From assembly GCA_963925935.1 (NCBI GenBank), contig CAWUWF010000020.1, positions 1 through 63,152 of the forward strand: a stretch of 63,152 bases of DNA. Direction: 5' to 3'. The notes under the pieces were generated by a model. The model did no database searches and was not told the origin of the DNA. It worked only from the letters and a program-made list of their open reading frames with translations. Shown here piece by piece: positions 24,083-33,830 of this stretch (within the stretch, counting starts at the first letter, position 1; each line of letters opens with the position of its first letter). Source of the stretch: an uncultured Arenicella sp. (GTDB taxonomy: Bacteria > Pseudomonadota > Gammaproteobacteria > Arenicellales > Arenicellaceae). The translations under genes and the position numbers were made by a program.

Positions 24083-26260
24083 TTAAGCTACTAATGCTAG
24101 ATTTGCGTAAGCTAAGACCAACCACTTACTACCGACCTCACTAAAGTTAATTTGAATACGAGCATACTCGCCCTGACCTTCTAAATTGACCACTACGCCT
24201 TCACCAAATTTCGGATGGGTAACGTCGGCGCCAACTGAAATACCACTTTCATGGGTGCTTTGATCATCTACCCAAGCGGAATGATCACGCCGGGGAGCGC
24301 TATACGTGGTTTTAGGCCGAGCCCTGATTTCAGTAATTAACTCGCTTGGAATCTCTTTTAAGAATCGGCTTGGGGAGGTGTATTTCTCTGAGCCATAAAG
24401 TCGCCGTAATTCGGCATGGCTTAGCCACAGTTGCTGCATAGCACGGGTCATTCCAACATAGCAGAGCCGACGCTCTTCCTCTAGTCGAGCGGCACCCTCT
24501 TCTAGTGATCTTTGGTGAGGGAACAAGCCCTCCTCCAAACCCGTCAAAAATACCACTGGAAACTCTAAGCCTTTGGCCGAATGCAGGCTCATTAATTGTA
24601 CGCAGTCTTCCCATTCCTCGGCTTGGCCTTCACCCGCTTCCAGTGCCGCATGCGCTAAAAAGGAAGATAAAGGTGGTAGGTCATCTTCAGTTTCATCGAC
24701 CTCATAGCCGCGGGCTGCGGAAATCAATTCTTGTAGATTCTCTACCCTAGCCTGTCCCTTTTCACCCTTTTCTTTCTGAAAATGCTCAATAAGCTTACTT
24801 AAATCCAGCATTATTTCAAATTGTTGAAATAAGTCTTGATCGGTAATTTGCTGGGAAATGTCTTGGATTAAATTTACGAAAACACCGAGCGCAGATTGAG
24901 CACGGCTACTGAGCTGATCACTGTTTAGCAACTGATTACAGGCATCCCACATCGACAATTGATTTTGCCTCGCGTATTCACGAACGGTATCTACCGTTTT
25001 GTTGCCAATACCGCGGGTTGGTGTGTTAACGATACGCTCAAACGATGGGTCATCTTCGCGCCGAGTACAAAGCCGTAGATATGCCAACGCGTCCTTAATC
25101 TCTGCTCTCTCAAAAAATCGCAGGCCACCGTAGACTCGATAAGGCATTCCTTTATTTAATAGCACTTCTTCAAATACGCGCGATTGCGCATTCGAGCGAT
25201 ACAAAATAGCCACTTGTGAACGTAAACCACCTTGGTTTACCCAGCTTTGAATTTGATCAATTATAAATCGAGCTTCGTCCTGTTCATTGTAGGCGGTATA
25301 TAGCTTAACCGGTTCGCCTTTTTCGCCCGCCGTCCAAAGCTCTTTACCAAGGCGTGTACCATTATTCTTAATCACTGCGTTTGCGGCATCCAAAATATTG
25401 GTAGTTGATCGATAATTTTGCTCTAAGCGAAGGGTCTTGGCATTTGGGAAGTCTTGTTCAAACTGAAGAATATTTTCGACCTTAGCGCCACGCCAACCAT
25501 AGATGGATTGATCATCGTCGCCGACCGCAAATAGGCTGTGCGATTTTTGTACCAACAACTTTATCCATAGATACTGGATTGAGTTGGTGTCCTGAAATTC
25601 GTCAACTAACACGTGCTGAAAGCGGGTTTGATAGCGCTCACGAAGTATCTCGTTGTTTTTCAATAACTCGTATGCGCGCAGTAGCAACTCAGAAAAATCA
25701 ACTAGGCCAAAGCGCTGACACAAACCTTCATAGTGCGCAAAAACAGCCAGCAGCGTTTGTTGCTGAGTATCGTTGCTGTGAGGCACTTGTTCGGGCCGCC
25801 GACCCTCTTCTTTATGACCGCTGATAAACCATTGAATTTGCCTAGGTGGCCAATAGGCTTCGTCCAGCGCTAACTCTTTTAGGCTGCGCTTGATCATCCG
25901 TAGCTGATCATCGCTATCTAGTATCTGAAACGCTTGAGGTAGGCTGGCTTCCTGATAGTGTTGCCGCAGTAAGCGGTGTGCCAGGCTATGAAAGGTTCCA
26001 ATCCACATGCCGCCCATCGGAATGCCGAGCATATCCTCGATACGGTTACGCATTTCGCGGCTGGCTTTATTAGTGAAGGTAACAGCCAGTATTGATAACG
26101 GCGAAACCTCATGCGCCTCTACTAGATAGGCAATACGAGATATCAAAACTCGAGTCTTGCCACTACCCGCGCCGGCAAGTACGAGTAACGGTTGTGGTGC
26201 CGCGGCAACCGCTTCTCGTTGAGCGTCGTTTAGTTCATCAAATATATGCGAAACATCCAT
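24083..26260 (-). CDS. uvrD: DNA helicase II UvrD
   Basis: AGAGSGKT, DEFQDTN, VGDDDQSIYGWRGA, LEQNYRST, HSAKGLEFP and EERRLCYVGMTRA; C-terminal KWLVLAYANL. Confidence 0.97.
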   Translation of the reverse strand: MDVSHIFDELNDAQREAVAAAPQPLLVLAGAGSGKTRVLISRIAYLVEAHEVSPLSILAVTFTNKASREMRNRIEDMLGIPMGGMWIGTFHSLAHRLLRQHYQEASLPQAFQILDSDDQLRMIKRSLKELALDEAYWPPRQIQWFISGHKEEGRRPEQVPHSNDTQQQTLLAVFAHYEGLCQRFGLVDFSELLLRAYELLKNNEILRERYQTRFQHVLVDEFQDTNSIQYLWIKLLVQKSHSLFAVGDDDQSIYGWRGAKVENILQFEQDFPNAKTLRLEQNYRSTTNILDAANAVIKNNGTRLGKELWTAGEKGEPVKLYTAYNEQDEARFIIDQIQSWVNQGGLRSQVAILYRSNAQSRVFEEVLLNKGMPYRVYGGLRFFERAEIKDALAYLRLCTRREDDPSFERIVNTPTRGIGNKTVDTVREYARQNQLSMWDACNQLLNSDQLSSRAQSALGVFVNLIQDISQQITDQDLFQQFEIMLDLSKLIEHFQKEKGEKGQARVENLQELISAARGYEVDETEDDLPPLSSFLAHAALEAGEGQAEEWEDCVQLMSLHSAKGLEFPVVFLTGLEEGLFPHQRSLEEGAARLEEERRLCYVGMTRAMQQLWLSHAELRRLYGSEKYTSPSRFLKEIPSELITEIRARPKTTYSAPRRDHSAWVDDQSTHESGISVGADVTHPKFGEGVVVNLEGQGEYARIQINFSEVGSKWLVLAYANLALVA

Positions 26261-26412
26261 GACACGATTCCACGGGGCGAATATTACCCCAATACTTTGT
26301 TAAAAATGTACCGTCTAGCGGCTGTGAGATTCCCAGTGATTTACTGATAGAGTTTAAACGCGTCGTTTGCGTGCGGTTGCGAGAAAACGTGCTGCCCTTA
26401 AACATAAACATG

Positions 26413-28248
26413 CTACTCAACGGTAACAGACTTAGCCAGATTTCGCGGCTTGTCGATATCGGTGCCCTTTAACAGGGCGACATGATACGCCAGTAATTGC
26501 AGAGGAATAGTGTAGATGATGGGTGCAATAAAATTGTTTACCGGAGCAACGTTTAACACCATGGTTTCGTCATCGGACTCTAGGCCTGAGTTTGCGTCAG
26601 CAAAAACGTATAGGCGGCCGCCGCGCGCGCGGACCTCTTCAAGGTTGGATTTTAATTTTTCGAGGAGTTCATCATTGGGGGCTACTGCAACAACCGGCAT
26701 GTCTTTATCTACTAGCGCCAGCGGGCCGTGTTTCAATTCGCCAGCGGCATAGGCTTCTGCATGAATATAAGATATTTCTTTCAGTTTAAGCGCGCCTTCA
26801 ACCGCAATTGGAAAATGCGCTCCACGACCCAAAAATAACGTGTGATGCTTATCTGCGAAGTGTTTCGCCATTGAGATGATGTCGTCTTCAAGGTTTAAAG
26901 CGTGCTCAATTTGACTTGGAAGTGTTCGTAACTCGTTAACAATTTCCTGTTCTAGTGAATCGCCTTCATGAGTCAAGCCTAAGGCTCGGCGACGTAGGCA
27001 TATGGCCAACATCAATAGCGTCACTAGCTGAGTTGTAAATGCTTTTGTGGATGCGACGCCAATCTCCCTGCCAGCGTGGGTGAATATTGTTAAATCACTG
27101 GCCCGTACTAACGAGCTCTCGGGCGCGTTGCAAATACATAGGGTATTTGTATAACCCAAGCCTTTGGCCATTTCTAATGCAGCCATAGTGTCAAGTGTTT
27201 CGCCAGACTGAGAGATAGTCACGAATAAGGTGCCGTCGTCGACAACATGCTTTCTGTAACGGTATTCGCTGGCGATCTCGACATCACAACGAATACCGAA
27301 CTCCTCAAACCAATAGCGCGCCACACATGCAGCGTTATAACTAGTGCCACAGGCAATAATCTTTAATGACTTCGCAGCATCGAATATTTCTTTAGCATTT
27401 TCACCAAAGGGTATTTCTAATACGCTACTCGCGCCAAGACGGCCCTCCAAGGTTTCAGTAACGGCGCGGGTCTGTTCATGAATCTCCTTCTTCATGAAGT
27501 GTGCATAACCTTCTAGATCGGTATCATCGTCACTCAAGGTGCTAATTAAAACCTTGCGTTCAACGACGTTTCGATCTTGGTCGTAAATGGTTACCGAGTC
27601 ACTGCTAATGTCCGCAATATCGCCATCTTCCAATACCATGTAATTGCTACATACGGGTATTAGTGCAGACATATCTGAGGCAATAAAATTTTCACCATCG
27701 CCAAGGCCGATCAATAGTGGAGAGCCACAGCGTGCGGCAATCAAACGGCCACTCTCTTGTTTGGAGATGACGCCGAGACCGTATGCTCCGCGAATTTCAT
27801 TGACGGTGTTTTGTACCGCAGTTAACAGGTCTGCGCCGGTTTGCATGTGCATGTCAATCTGATGCACGATGACTTCGGTATCCGTTTCGGAACTAAAAGG
27901 AAAGCCCTTTAGGGTTTGTTGGGCCCGCAGTTTCTGATGATTCTCAATAATGCCGTTATGCACCACCGCCACTTGTTGTGAGCTGGTATGTGGATGAGCA
28001 TTGTGAATAGCGGGTCGCCCATGGGTGGCCCAGCGAGTATGCGCAATGCCAATGTGACCGTTGACATCGCCACTTATCGCCTCGAGCCCGGCGACTCGTC
28101 CTACACTACGGCGCAGGTCTAGCTCACCTTTTTCGGCAATCACGGCTAAGCCTGCCGAGTCATAGCCCCGGTATTCGAGTCGTTTTAGCCCATCGATCAA
28201 GATGGGCGTAATATCTCGCGATGAAATCGCGCCTACAATGCCGCACAT
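26413..28248 (-). CDS. glmS: Glutamine-fructose-6-phosphate transaminase
   Basis: MCGIVG start, LEYRGYDSAG, HTRWATHG, SQSGET and PRNLAKSVTVE end. Confidence 0.99.
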   Translation of the reverse strand: MCGIVGAISSRDITPILIDGLKRLEYRGYDSAGLAVIAEKGELDLRRSVGRVAGLEAISGDVNGHIGIAHTRWATHGRPAIHNAHPHTSSQQVAVVHNGIIENHQKLRAQQTLKGFPFSSETDTEVIVHQIDMHMQTGADLLTAVQNTVNEIRGAYGLGVISKQESGRLIAARCGSPLLIGLGDGENFIASDMSALIPVCSNYMVLEDGDIADISSDSVTIYDQDRNVVERKVLISTLSDDDTDLEGYAHFMKKEIHEQTRAVTETLEGRLGASSVLEIPFGENAKEIFDAAKSLKIIACGTSYNAACVARYWFEEFGIRCDVEIASEYRYRKHVVDDGTLFVTISQSGETLDTMAALEMAKGLGYTNTLCICNAPESSLVRASDLTIFTHAGREIGVASTKAFTTQLVTLLMLAICLRRRALGLTHEGDSLEQEIVNELRTLPSQIEHALNLEDDIISMAKHFADKHHTLFLGRGAHFPIAVEGALKLKEISYIHAEAYAAGELKHGPLALVDKDMPVVAVAPNDELLEKLKSNLEEVRARGGRLYVFADANSGLESDDETMVLNVAPVNNFIAPIIYTIPLQLLAYHVALLKGTDIDKPRNLAKSVTVE

Positions 28249-28266
28249 GCTTTTACCCTATATTCC

Positions 28267-29652
28267 TTAATCTTTCTTAGGTCGTTTCCAACCATTTATT
28301 AGCCGTTGGCGGGCCCGGCTAATCGCTAACTGATCTTTTTTGACGTTACTGGTGATGGTTGATCCTGCCCCGATAGTAGCGCCATCTTCAATCTCTATTG
28401 GGGCCACTAATTGACTATCAGAGCCAACGAACACATCCTTACCAATAATAGTCTGGTGTTTGTAGGCACCATCATAATTACAGGTAATGACGCCAGCAGC
28501 GATGTTGGTGTTTTCGCCGACCACCGCATCGCCTACATAACTGAGATGGTTTACCTTGGCGCCTTTATCGAGTATTGCATTCTTGGTTTCAACAAAATTG
28601 CCAATCCGAACCCCATTATTTAATTGGGTGCCGGGCCGCAACCTCGCGAAGGGCCCTACGTTCACGAACTCACCAATTTTTGTTTGATCAATTACTGTAT
28701 TTGCGTGAATACGCGTGTTGTCACCAATCTCGCTGGCAGTGATGGTGCAGTTAGGCGCAATGCTTACATTGCTGCCAATGACGGTTGGGCCAATGATAAC
28801 CGCGTTAATATCGATAACGCTGTCTATCCCAATCTGAACATCGCCGCGAATATCAATACGGTTTGGGTCGATGATGGTAACGCCGCTTTCCATTAATTGC
28901 TCGGCTCGAATCCGTTGATATAGTCGTTCTACGCGAGCCAATTGCACACGACTATTGATGCCTTCAACCTCGGCATTGCTGGCTGGTTGATAGGCCGTGA
29001 TTGGGTTGCCTGCCCTATAGGCAATTTTGACAATGTCGGTCAAATAATATTCTTGTTGAGCATTATCATTACTAAGCTCGGACAGCCAGGCTTTCAAGTC
29101 CTTGGCCCGAGCACACAAAATGCCAGAATTAATCTCCTGTATAGCCGCTTGTTCGCTAGAGGCGTCTTTCTGCTCTACGATTCCGCAAACGCCGTCACTT
29201 TCATCTCTGATTATTCGCCCTAATCCGGTTGGGTCCGAAAAATTTGCCGTCAGTAAGGCTAATGGAAAAGCCGCCATCGAGGCAACCATCGGCGCAAGAG
29301 TGTCAGAGTTTATCAACGGCACGTCAGCGGTAAGCATCAGCAAACAAGCGTCGTCACTAACGCCTGGCATTACCTGCTGAACCGCATGGCCAGTGCCTAA
29401 CTGATCTATTTGCTCCACCCAACGGAGCTCAACGTCACCTAGATCATGACCTTTAAGCGCGTCGATCACCTGATCCTTGGCGTGGCCTACGACTATATGA
29501 ATTTTGCTCGGCCGCAGTTGTAATGCGGTATCGACCACATGTGCCAGCAATGGCTTGCCTGCAACCTGGTGCAGCACCTTTGGCAACGATGATTGCATGC
29601 GGCTGCCTTTGCCGGCTGCGAGAATTGCGATTTCAAGGGTTGGTTTGGTCAT
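28267..29652 (-). CDS. glmU: Bifunctional UDP-GlcNAc pyrophosphorylase / GlcN-1-P acetyltransferase
   Basis: LAAGKGSRM, QLGTGHAV, EYYLTD, GPFARLRP, GNFVETK, HLSYVGDA and NYDG. Confidence 0.99.
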   Translation of the reverse strand: MTKPTLEIAILAAGKGSRMQSSLPKVLHQVAGKPLLAHVVDTALQLRPSKIHIVVGHAKDQVIDALKGHDLGDVELRWVEQIDQLGTGHAVQQVMPGVSDDACLLMLTADVPLINSDTLAPMVASMAAFPLALLTANFSDPTGLGRIIRDESDGVCGIVEQKDASSEQAAIQEINSGILCARAKDLKAWLSELSNDNAQQEYYLTDIVKIAYRAGNPITAYQPASNAEVEGINSRVQLARVERLYQRIRAEQLMESGVTIIDPNRIDIRGDVQIGIDSVIDINAVIIGPTVIGSNVSIAPNCTITASEIGDNTRIHANTVIDQTKIGEFVNVGPFARLRPGTQLNNGVRIGNFVETKNAILDKGAKVNHLSYVGDAVVGENTNIAAGVITCNYDGAYKHQTIIGKDVFVGSDSQLVAPIEIEDGATIGAGSTITSNVKKDQLAISRARQRLINGWKRPKKD

Positions 29653-29905
29653 ACAAATTTTGTTCAGAGCATTAATTAGCAGTATCCTGCTGGATACGTT
29701 TCAAAAGCCAAGCGAGATTACTACTTGATGGCTTAGATTCTATCAAACTACGAAGCCTCAAGTTGGAATTTACGCAGGATATACAAGGATCAATTGTTGA
29801 TCGAACGCAATTAATATTAAAGTTAACATTGGCTTACAGCCAGGCGTTATAATTATCATGTTAGTAACCTTATCCGAGACTAAGTTGACCCTCTCAGAGA
29901 CTTTG

Positions 29906-30895
29906 ATGCAAGCTGAAATAGAGTTTAAACCACTTGCGTATACGCTTGGCGAGCCGGCCGGAATCGGCGCGGATATCATAATTCAATTGGCTCAGGATGA
30001 AATTCTTGATGATATTGTCTGTATTGGCGATGCCAGAGTTTTACAAAAAAGGGCGCAGGCGCTCAATCTACCGTTATTGTTGGTCGATTACCCAGAAAAG
30101 CCTTCAACGCTTGGTTGTTTATCTGTTGATCATCAGCCTATTGCCAATTACTCAGTACTAGGAGAGGCTGATTCGGACAATGTAGACGGTGTGCTAGCGA
30201 TGCTTAACACTGCGATTGACGGATGTTTAAACGGGAAGTTCGCGGCGATGGTCACCGGGCCCTTAAACAAGGCGGCTATTAATGATGCGGGTAAAGTGTT
30301 TTCTGGGCATACCGAATACTTAGCGGAGCGCTGCAATGCCCCCATGCCAGTCATGATGTTAGCGACAGCCAGCTTTCGTGTTGCATTGGTCACTACCCAT
30401 TTACCGTTACGCAGTGTTAGCGACGCAATCACTAAACCACTAGTGCAACAAATATGTCGGATTGTCGATAGCGATCTGCGCAGTAAGTATGGCATTGAAA
30501 AACCTAGAATCCTGGTGTGTGGTTTAAATCCACACGCTGGTGAGGGCGGTCATCTTGGCACAGAGGAGCTCGAAATAATTATTCCCGCTTTGGATGAACT
30601 CCGAGAACAAGGACTAAATGTGCTTGGCCCGATGCCCGCAGACACCCTATTTACCCCGCGTTATCTAGAAAATGCAGATGTCGTGATCGCGATGTATCAC
30701 GATCAGGGTTTGCCCGTATTGAAAGCCTTAGGTTTTGGCAATGCGGCTAATATCACCCTGGGGTTACCAATCATCCGAACTTCCGTAGATCATGGAACCG
30801 CCTATGATTTAGCCGGTACCGGGCAAGCTGACACGGGCAGTCTAACAACTGCCATAAGCGTCGCCCGACAAATGTGTAAAGTAGTAAGAAACTAA
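29906..30895 (+). CDS. pdxA: 4-hydroxythreonine-4-phosphate dehydrogenase
   Basis: GEPAGIG, FSGHTEYLA, GLNPHAGEGGHLG, MYHDQGLP and RTSVDHGTA. Start uncertain (ATG 29858 or 29906); a TATAAT at 29848-29853 favours 29906. Confidence 0.96.
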   Translation: MQAEIEFKPLAYTLGEPAGIGADIIIQLAQDEILDDIVCIGDARVLQKRAQALNLPLLLVDYPEKPSTLGCLSVDHQPIANYSVLGEADSDNVDGVLAMLNTAIDGCLNGKFAAMVTGPLNKAAINDAGKVFSGHTEYLAERCNAPMPVMMLATASFRVALVTTHLPLRSVSDAITKPLVQQICRIVDSDLRSKYGIEKPRILVCGLNPHAGEGGHLGTEELEIIIPALDELREQGLNVLGPMPADTLFTPRYLENADVVIAMYHDQGLPVLKALGFGNAANITLGLPIIRTSVDHGTAYDLAGTGQADTGSLTTAISVARQMCKVVRN

Positions 30896-31722
30896 TGAAA
30901 GAAAACAACAACGACGTGTTTGCCGCACCTAGAAAATCCTTAGGCCAAAACTTTCTTCAAGATCCGAATATTATTCGCAAGATTGTTGCCAGCTTAAACA
31001 TTAAGAATGACGATGTGGTCATGGAGATTGGTCCGGGCCGCGGGGCTTTAACGGAACTAATGTTGCCGCTGGCGGGACAACTTCACTTGGTCGAGTTTGA
31101 CCGTGATTTGGCTCGCTACTGGCGACAACGTGCGGATGAAAACTCTAGTTTGGTGGTACACGAATACGATGTTCTTAAATTTGATTTAAAAGAGGTCTTG
31201 GCGGCGACTGAGCGCCGGATCAAGATAATCGGCAACCTGCCGTATAATATTTCCAGCCCGGTATTGTTCCATCTAATGCCCTTTGCGGCGCGCATTGATT
31301 CCCAAGTGGTCATGCTGCAAAAAGAAGTCGTAGACCGAATGAGCGCCAATTCTGGAAATAAGCAATATGGGCGACTGTCGGTGATGTTGCAATATCGATA
31401 CCAAATTGAAAACCTATTTAAGGTTCCAGCCAGTGCTTTTTTCCCGCCGCCGAAGGTTGAATCTGCGATTGCTCGTTTGACCCCTAGGCGAACCATCGAA
31501 CGACCGGTCAATAGCTTGCTGGACTTTGAGTTGATTGTTAAGCAAGCATTCTCGCAGCGCCGTAAAACCTTGCGCAATACCTTGAAAGGCTCCCTAAGCG
31601 CTGAGCAAATGGAATCTGTCGGCGTTTCGCCAACCGATCGAGCAGAAGTATTGAGCGTTGATAATTTTGTCGATCTTACCAATTTGTATACCGACAATGA
31701 GAACGCATTAGCAACTGATTAA
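30895..31722 (+). CDS. rsmA: 16S rRNA m6,2A1518/1519 dimethyltransferase RsmA (KsgA)
   Basis: RKSLGQNFL, EIGPGRGALT, GNLPYNIS, FFPPPKVES and FSQRRKTLRN; TAATG coupling with pdxA. Confidence 0.98.
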   Translation: MKENNNDVFAAPRKSLGQNFLQDPNIIRKIVASLNIKNDDVVMEIGPGRGALTELMLPLAGQLHLVEFDRDLARYWRQRADENSSLVVHEYDVLKFDLKEVLAATERRIKIIGNLPYNISSPVLFHLMPFAARIDSQVVMLQKEVVDRMSANSGNKQYGRLSVMLQYRYQIENLFKVPASAFFPPPKVESAIARLTPRRTIERPVNSLLDFELIVKQAFSQRRKTLRNTLKGSLSAEQMESVGVSPTDRAEVLSVDNFVDLTNLYTDNENALATD

Positions 31723-31881
31723 CCATGCAGAACCACTGTCTATACTAACAATTACCAGAACTCATGAAGATACTGGCACCCTGACAGCATTTTATTTACC
31801 CAAGCAATGCCTGCTGTAATTGCCTCTTGGTATTGTTTTTGGAAAAACGGGGCGTGCGATTGCGATCAAGCATCCAAGGTT

Positions 31882-33414
31882 CTAATCAGCAAGCTCCTTC
31901 TTCAAAACAAACTTAAGAACCTTACCTGCCGGATTACGCGGCAGTGCATCAACAAGATGCAATCTTAACGGCAGTTTATATTTTGCCAACTGAGTATCAG
32001 CAAACGCGCGAAGCTCTTCGATAGTTAGCTCCTTGCCTTCATGCAATGCGGCGACAGCCGTGACTGCTTCGCCCCATTTCTCATCTTTTAGACCAATCAC
32101 AGCAACTTCGGCTATTGCCTCATGCTTGTATAGCACGCTCTCAACTTCGGCTGGATACACGTTCTCACCGCCGGATATGACCATATCCTTAAGCCGGTCA
32201 CAGATAAATAAGAAACCACCTTCGTCTAAATAGCCAACATCGCCAGAGTGAAACCAACCCTCGCTGTCGATGGCCTCGGCAGTGGCTTCTGGTCGGTTCC
32301 AATAGCCCTTCATGATATTGGGTCCAGAAATACAAATCTCGCCGCGTTCGCCTGCCGCAAGAGTTTGATTATCATCTCCCACAATCTTCAAGTCGGTATA
32401 CATCGGCGCTTGACCGGCCGAACCGAGTTTGCTTAGCGCCCATTCGGGTGTTAAAAATGAAGCGAATGGGGCGGTTTCGGTAAGCCCATAACCTTGACAA
32501 AAAGACACGCCTCTATCTGCGTAGAGCGTGAGGAGCGACTCGGGTGGAGGTGCTGCGCCACAGACGAAGGTTTCGACTTGGCTAAAATCAGTTGTGTCGA
32601 AGGCCGGGTGTTGCGACATGAATAAGAACATGGCGGGGGCACCGAACATATGGGTTACTTTGTATTCATCGAACGCACTGAGAACTTTAGCCGGATCAAA
32701 GTTACGCATTAACACCAGAGTAGAGCCGAGTGTAAAGCTATGCAAAGTCATCACATTCAGACCGCCAATGTGAAACAGTGGCGCTACGGTAAGTATGACG
32801 CTGTCTCGTGAGGCACTAAATGCAAAATGTGAATTGATATTATTCCAGAGAAGATTACCGTGGGTGAGCATAGCGCCCTTCGGCAATCCAGTGGTGCCTG
32901 ACGTGTACATGATCAAGCTGACATCGTGTTGGTCGACGCTGACAATTTCACCTAAGGGCTCAGCTATAGCGCGTTCTGTGAGCAGGTCTATCCAACCGTC
33001 GAAGGCGGATTCAGTACTATAAAACTGTTGGCAACAGAGCTTGTCTTGGATTGGATCGACGATCGGCTGTAAGGCATCATCACAGACTAAGCTGTGAATT
33101 CCGGCGTCGTTGATGATGAACTCTAGTTCTTGCGCGGTTAAACGAAAGTTTAAAGGAACAAAAATGGCACCAATTGCATTGGCAGCGTAAACCGTTTCCA
33201 AGAAGGCTGGTTGATTGAAACCAAGAAATCCGACTCGATCACCGACACAAACGCCATTGTTGCGAAGTAAAGTAGCTTGGCGGCGAACTCGATCGGCAAA
33301 ATCCTGATAGCTGATGTTCTGATCTTCGAAAATAAGGGCCGTTCGTTCCGGGTTGGATGCCGCTCGGCGCAGAACAGTGTTGGCTAAATTTGGTTCGGCT
33401 TGTGGTCTGTGCAT
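31882..33414 (-). CDS. Acyl-CoA synthetase (FadD13/MenE-like AMP-binding enzyme)
   Basis: YTSGTTGLPKG, GYGLTE, WFHSGD, DRLKDMVISGGENVYPAEVE and LPRNPAGKVLK. Confidence 0.93.
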   Translation of the reverse strand: MHRPQAEPNLANTVLRRAASNPERTALIFEDQNISYQDFADRVRRQATLLRNNGVCVGDRVGFLGFNQPAFLETVYAANAIGAIFVPLNFRLTAQELEFIINDAGIHSLVCDDALQPIVDPIQDKLCCQQFYSTESAFDGWIDLLTERAIAEPLGEIVSVDQHDVSLIMYTSGTTGLPKGAMLTHGNLLWNNINSHFAFSASRDSVILTVAPLFHIGGLNVMTLHSFTLGSTLVLMRNFDPAKVLSAFDEYKVTHMFGAPAMFLFMSQHPAFDTTDFSQVETFVCGAAPPPESLLTLYADRGVSFCQGYGLTETAPFASFLTPEWALSKLGSAGQAPMYTDLKIVGDDNQTLAAGERGEICISGPNIMKGYWNRPEATAEAIDSEGWFHSGDVGYLDEGGFLFICDRLKDMVISGGENVYPAEVESVLYKHEAIAEVAVIGLKDEKWGEAVTAVAALHEGKELTIEELRAFADTQLAKYKLPLRLHLVDALPRNPAGKVLKFVLKKELAD

Positions 33415-33643
33415 ATTGTTTTTTGTCCCAAATATAAAGGCTTTAATTATCGAAAAGTATTGGATAGAGAGGCCTCTTTGCTTGGCTGCTCAGTTTCACG
33501 TATGACGATTAAATGATCATACTGGAATTGTCTTAACATGATCCTATTTTCTAAATACCGGAAGATCTTTAGGCTGGGCAGATTGGTTATACGGTGTCAG
33601 CATCTTGTCCCAATATTCAATTTCTTAATCAGAGGCTCCTGAC

Positions 33644-33784
33644 GTGTCAATAATTAAACGACTTATCTTCGGCATGGCACTAGCGACCATTTCTCTTTGT
33701 TTACTTGCCGGCCAAGACCGACAGAAGACAGCCTTGGTGACGGGAGCAAGTTCTGGTATCGGTCTAAAAACAACCGAAACGTAA
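33644..33784 (+). pseudogene. Truncated remnant of a signal-peptide-bearing short-chain dehydrogenase/reductase
   Basis: AGAGG then GTG at 33644 reads VSIIKRLIFGMALATISLCLLAGQDRQKTALVTGASSGIGLKTTET*. It contains the SDR TGxxxGIG motif but stops after 46 codons. Not in the ORF track. Confidence 0.75.
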
Positions 33785-33830
33785 TCTGGTTTATGCCGAC
33801 GCTGACAAAGAGGCGCCTTTTGCCTTGGTG

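Noticed and set aside
26322-26336. LexA-box-like CTGT...CCAG upstream of uvrD
   Set aside because: Spacing is CTG-N9-CAG rather than N10, and the spacer is not AT-rich.
29867-29902. Degenerate direct repeat encoding TLSET twice in the longer pdxA N-terminus
   Set aside because: Only two short imperfect copies in a region of uncertain start codon; cannot be separated from chance.
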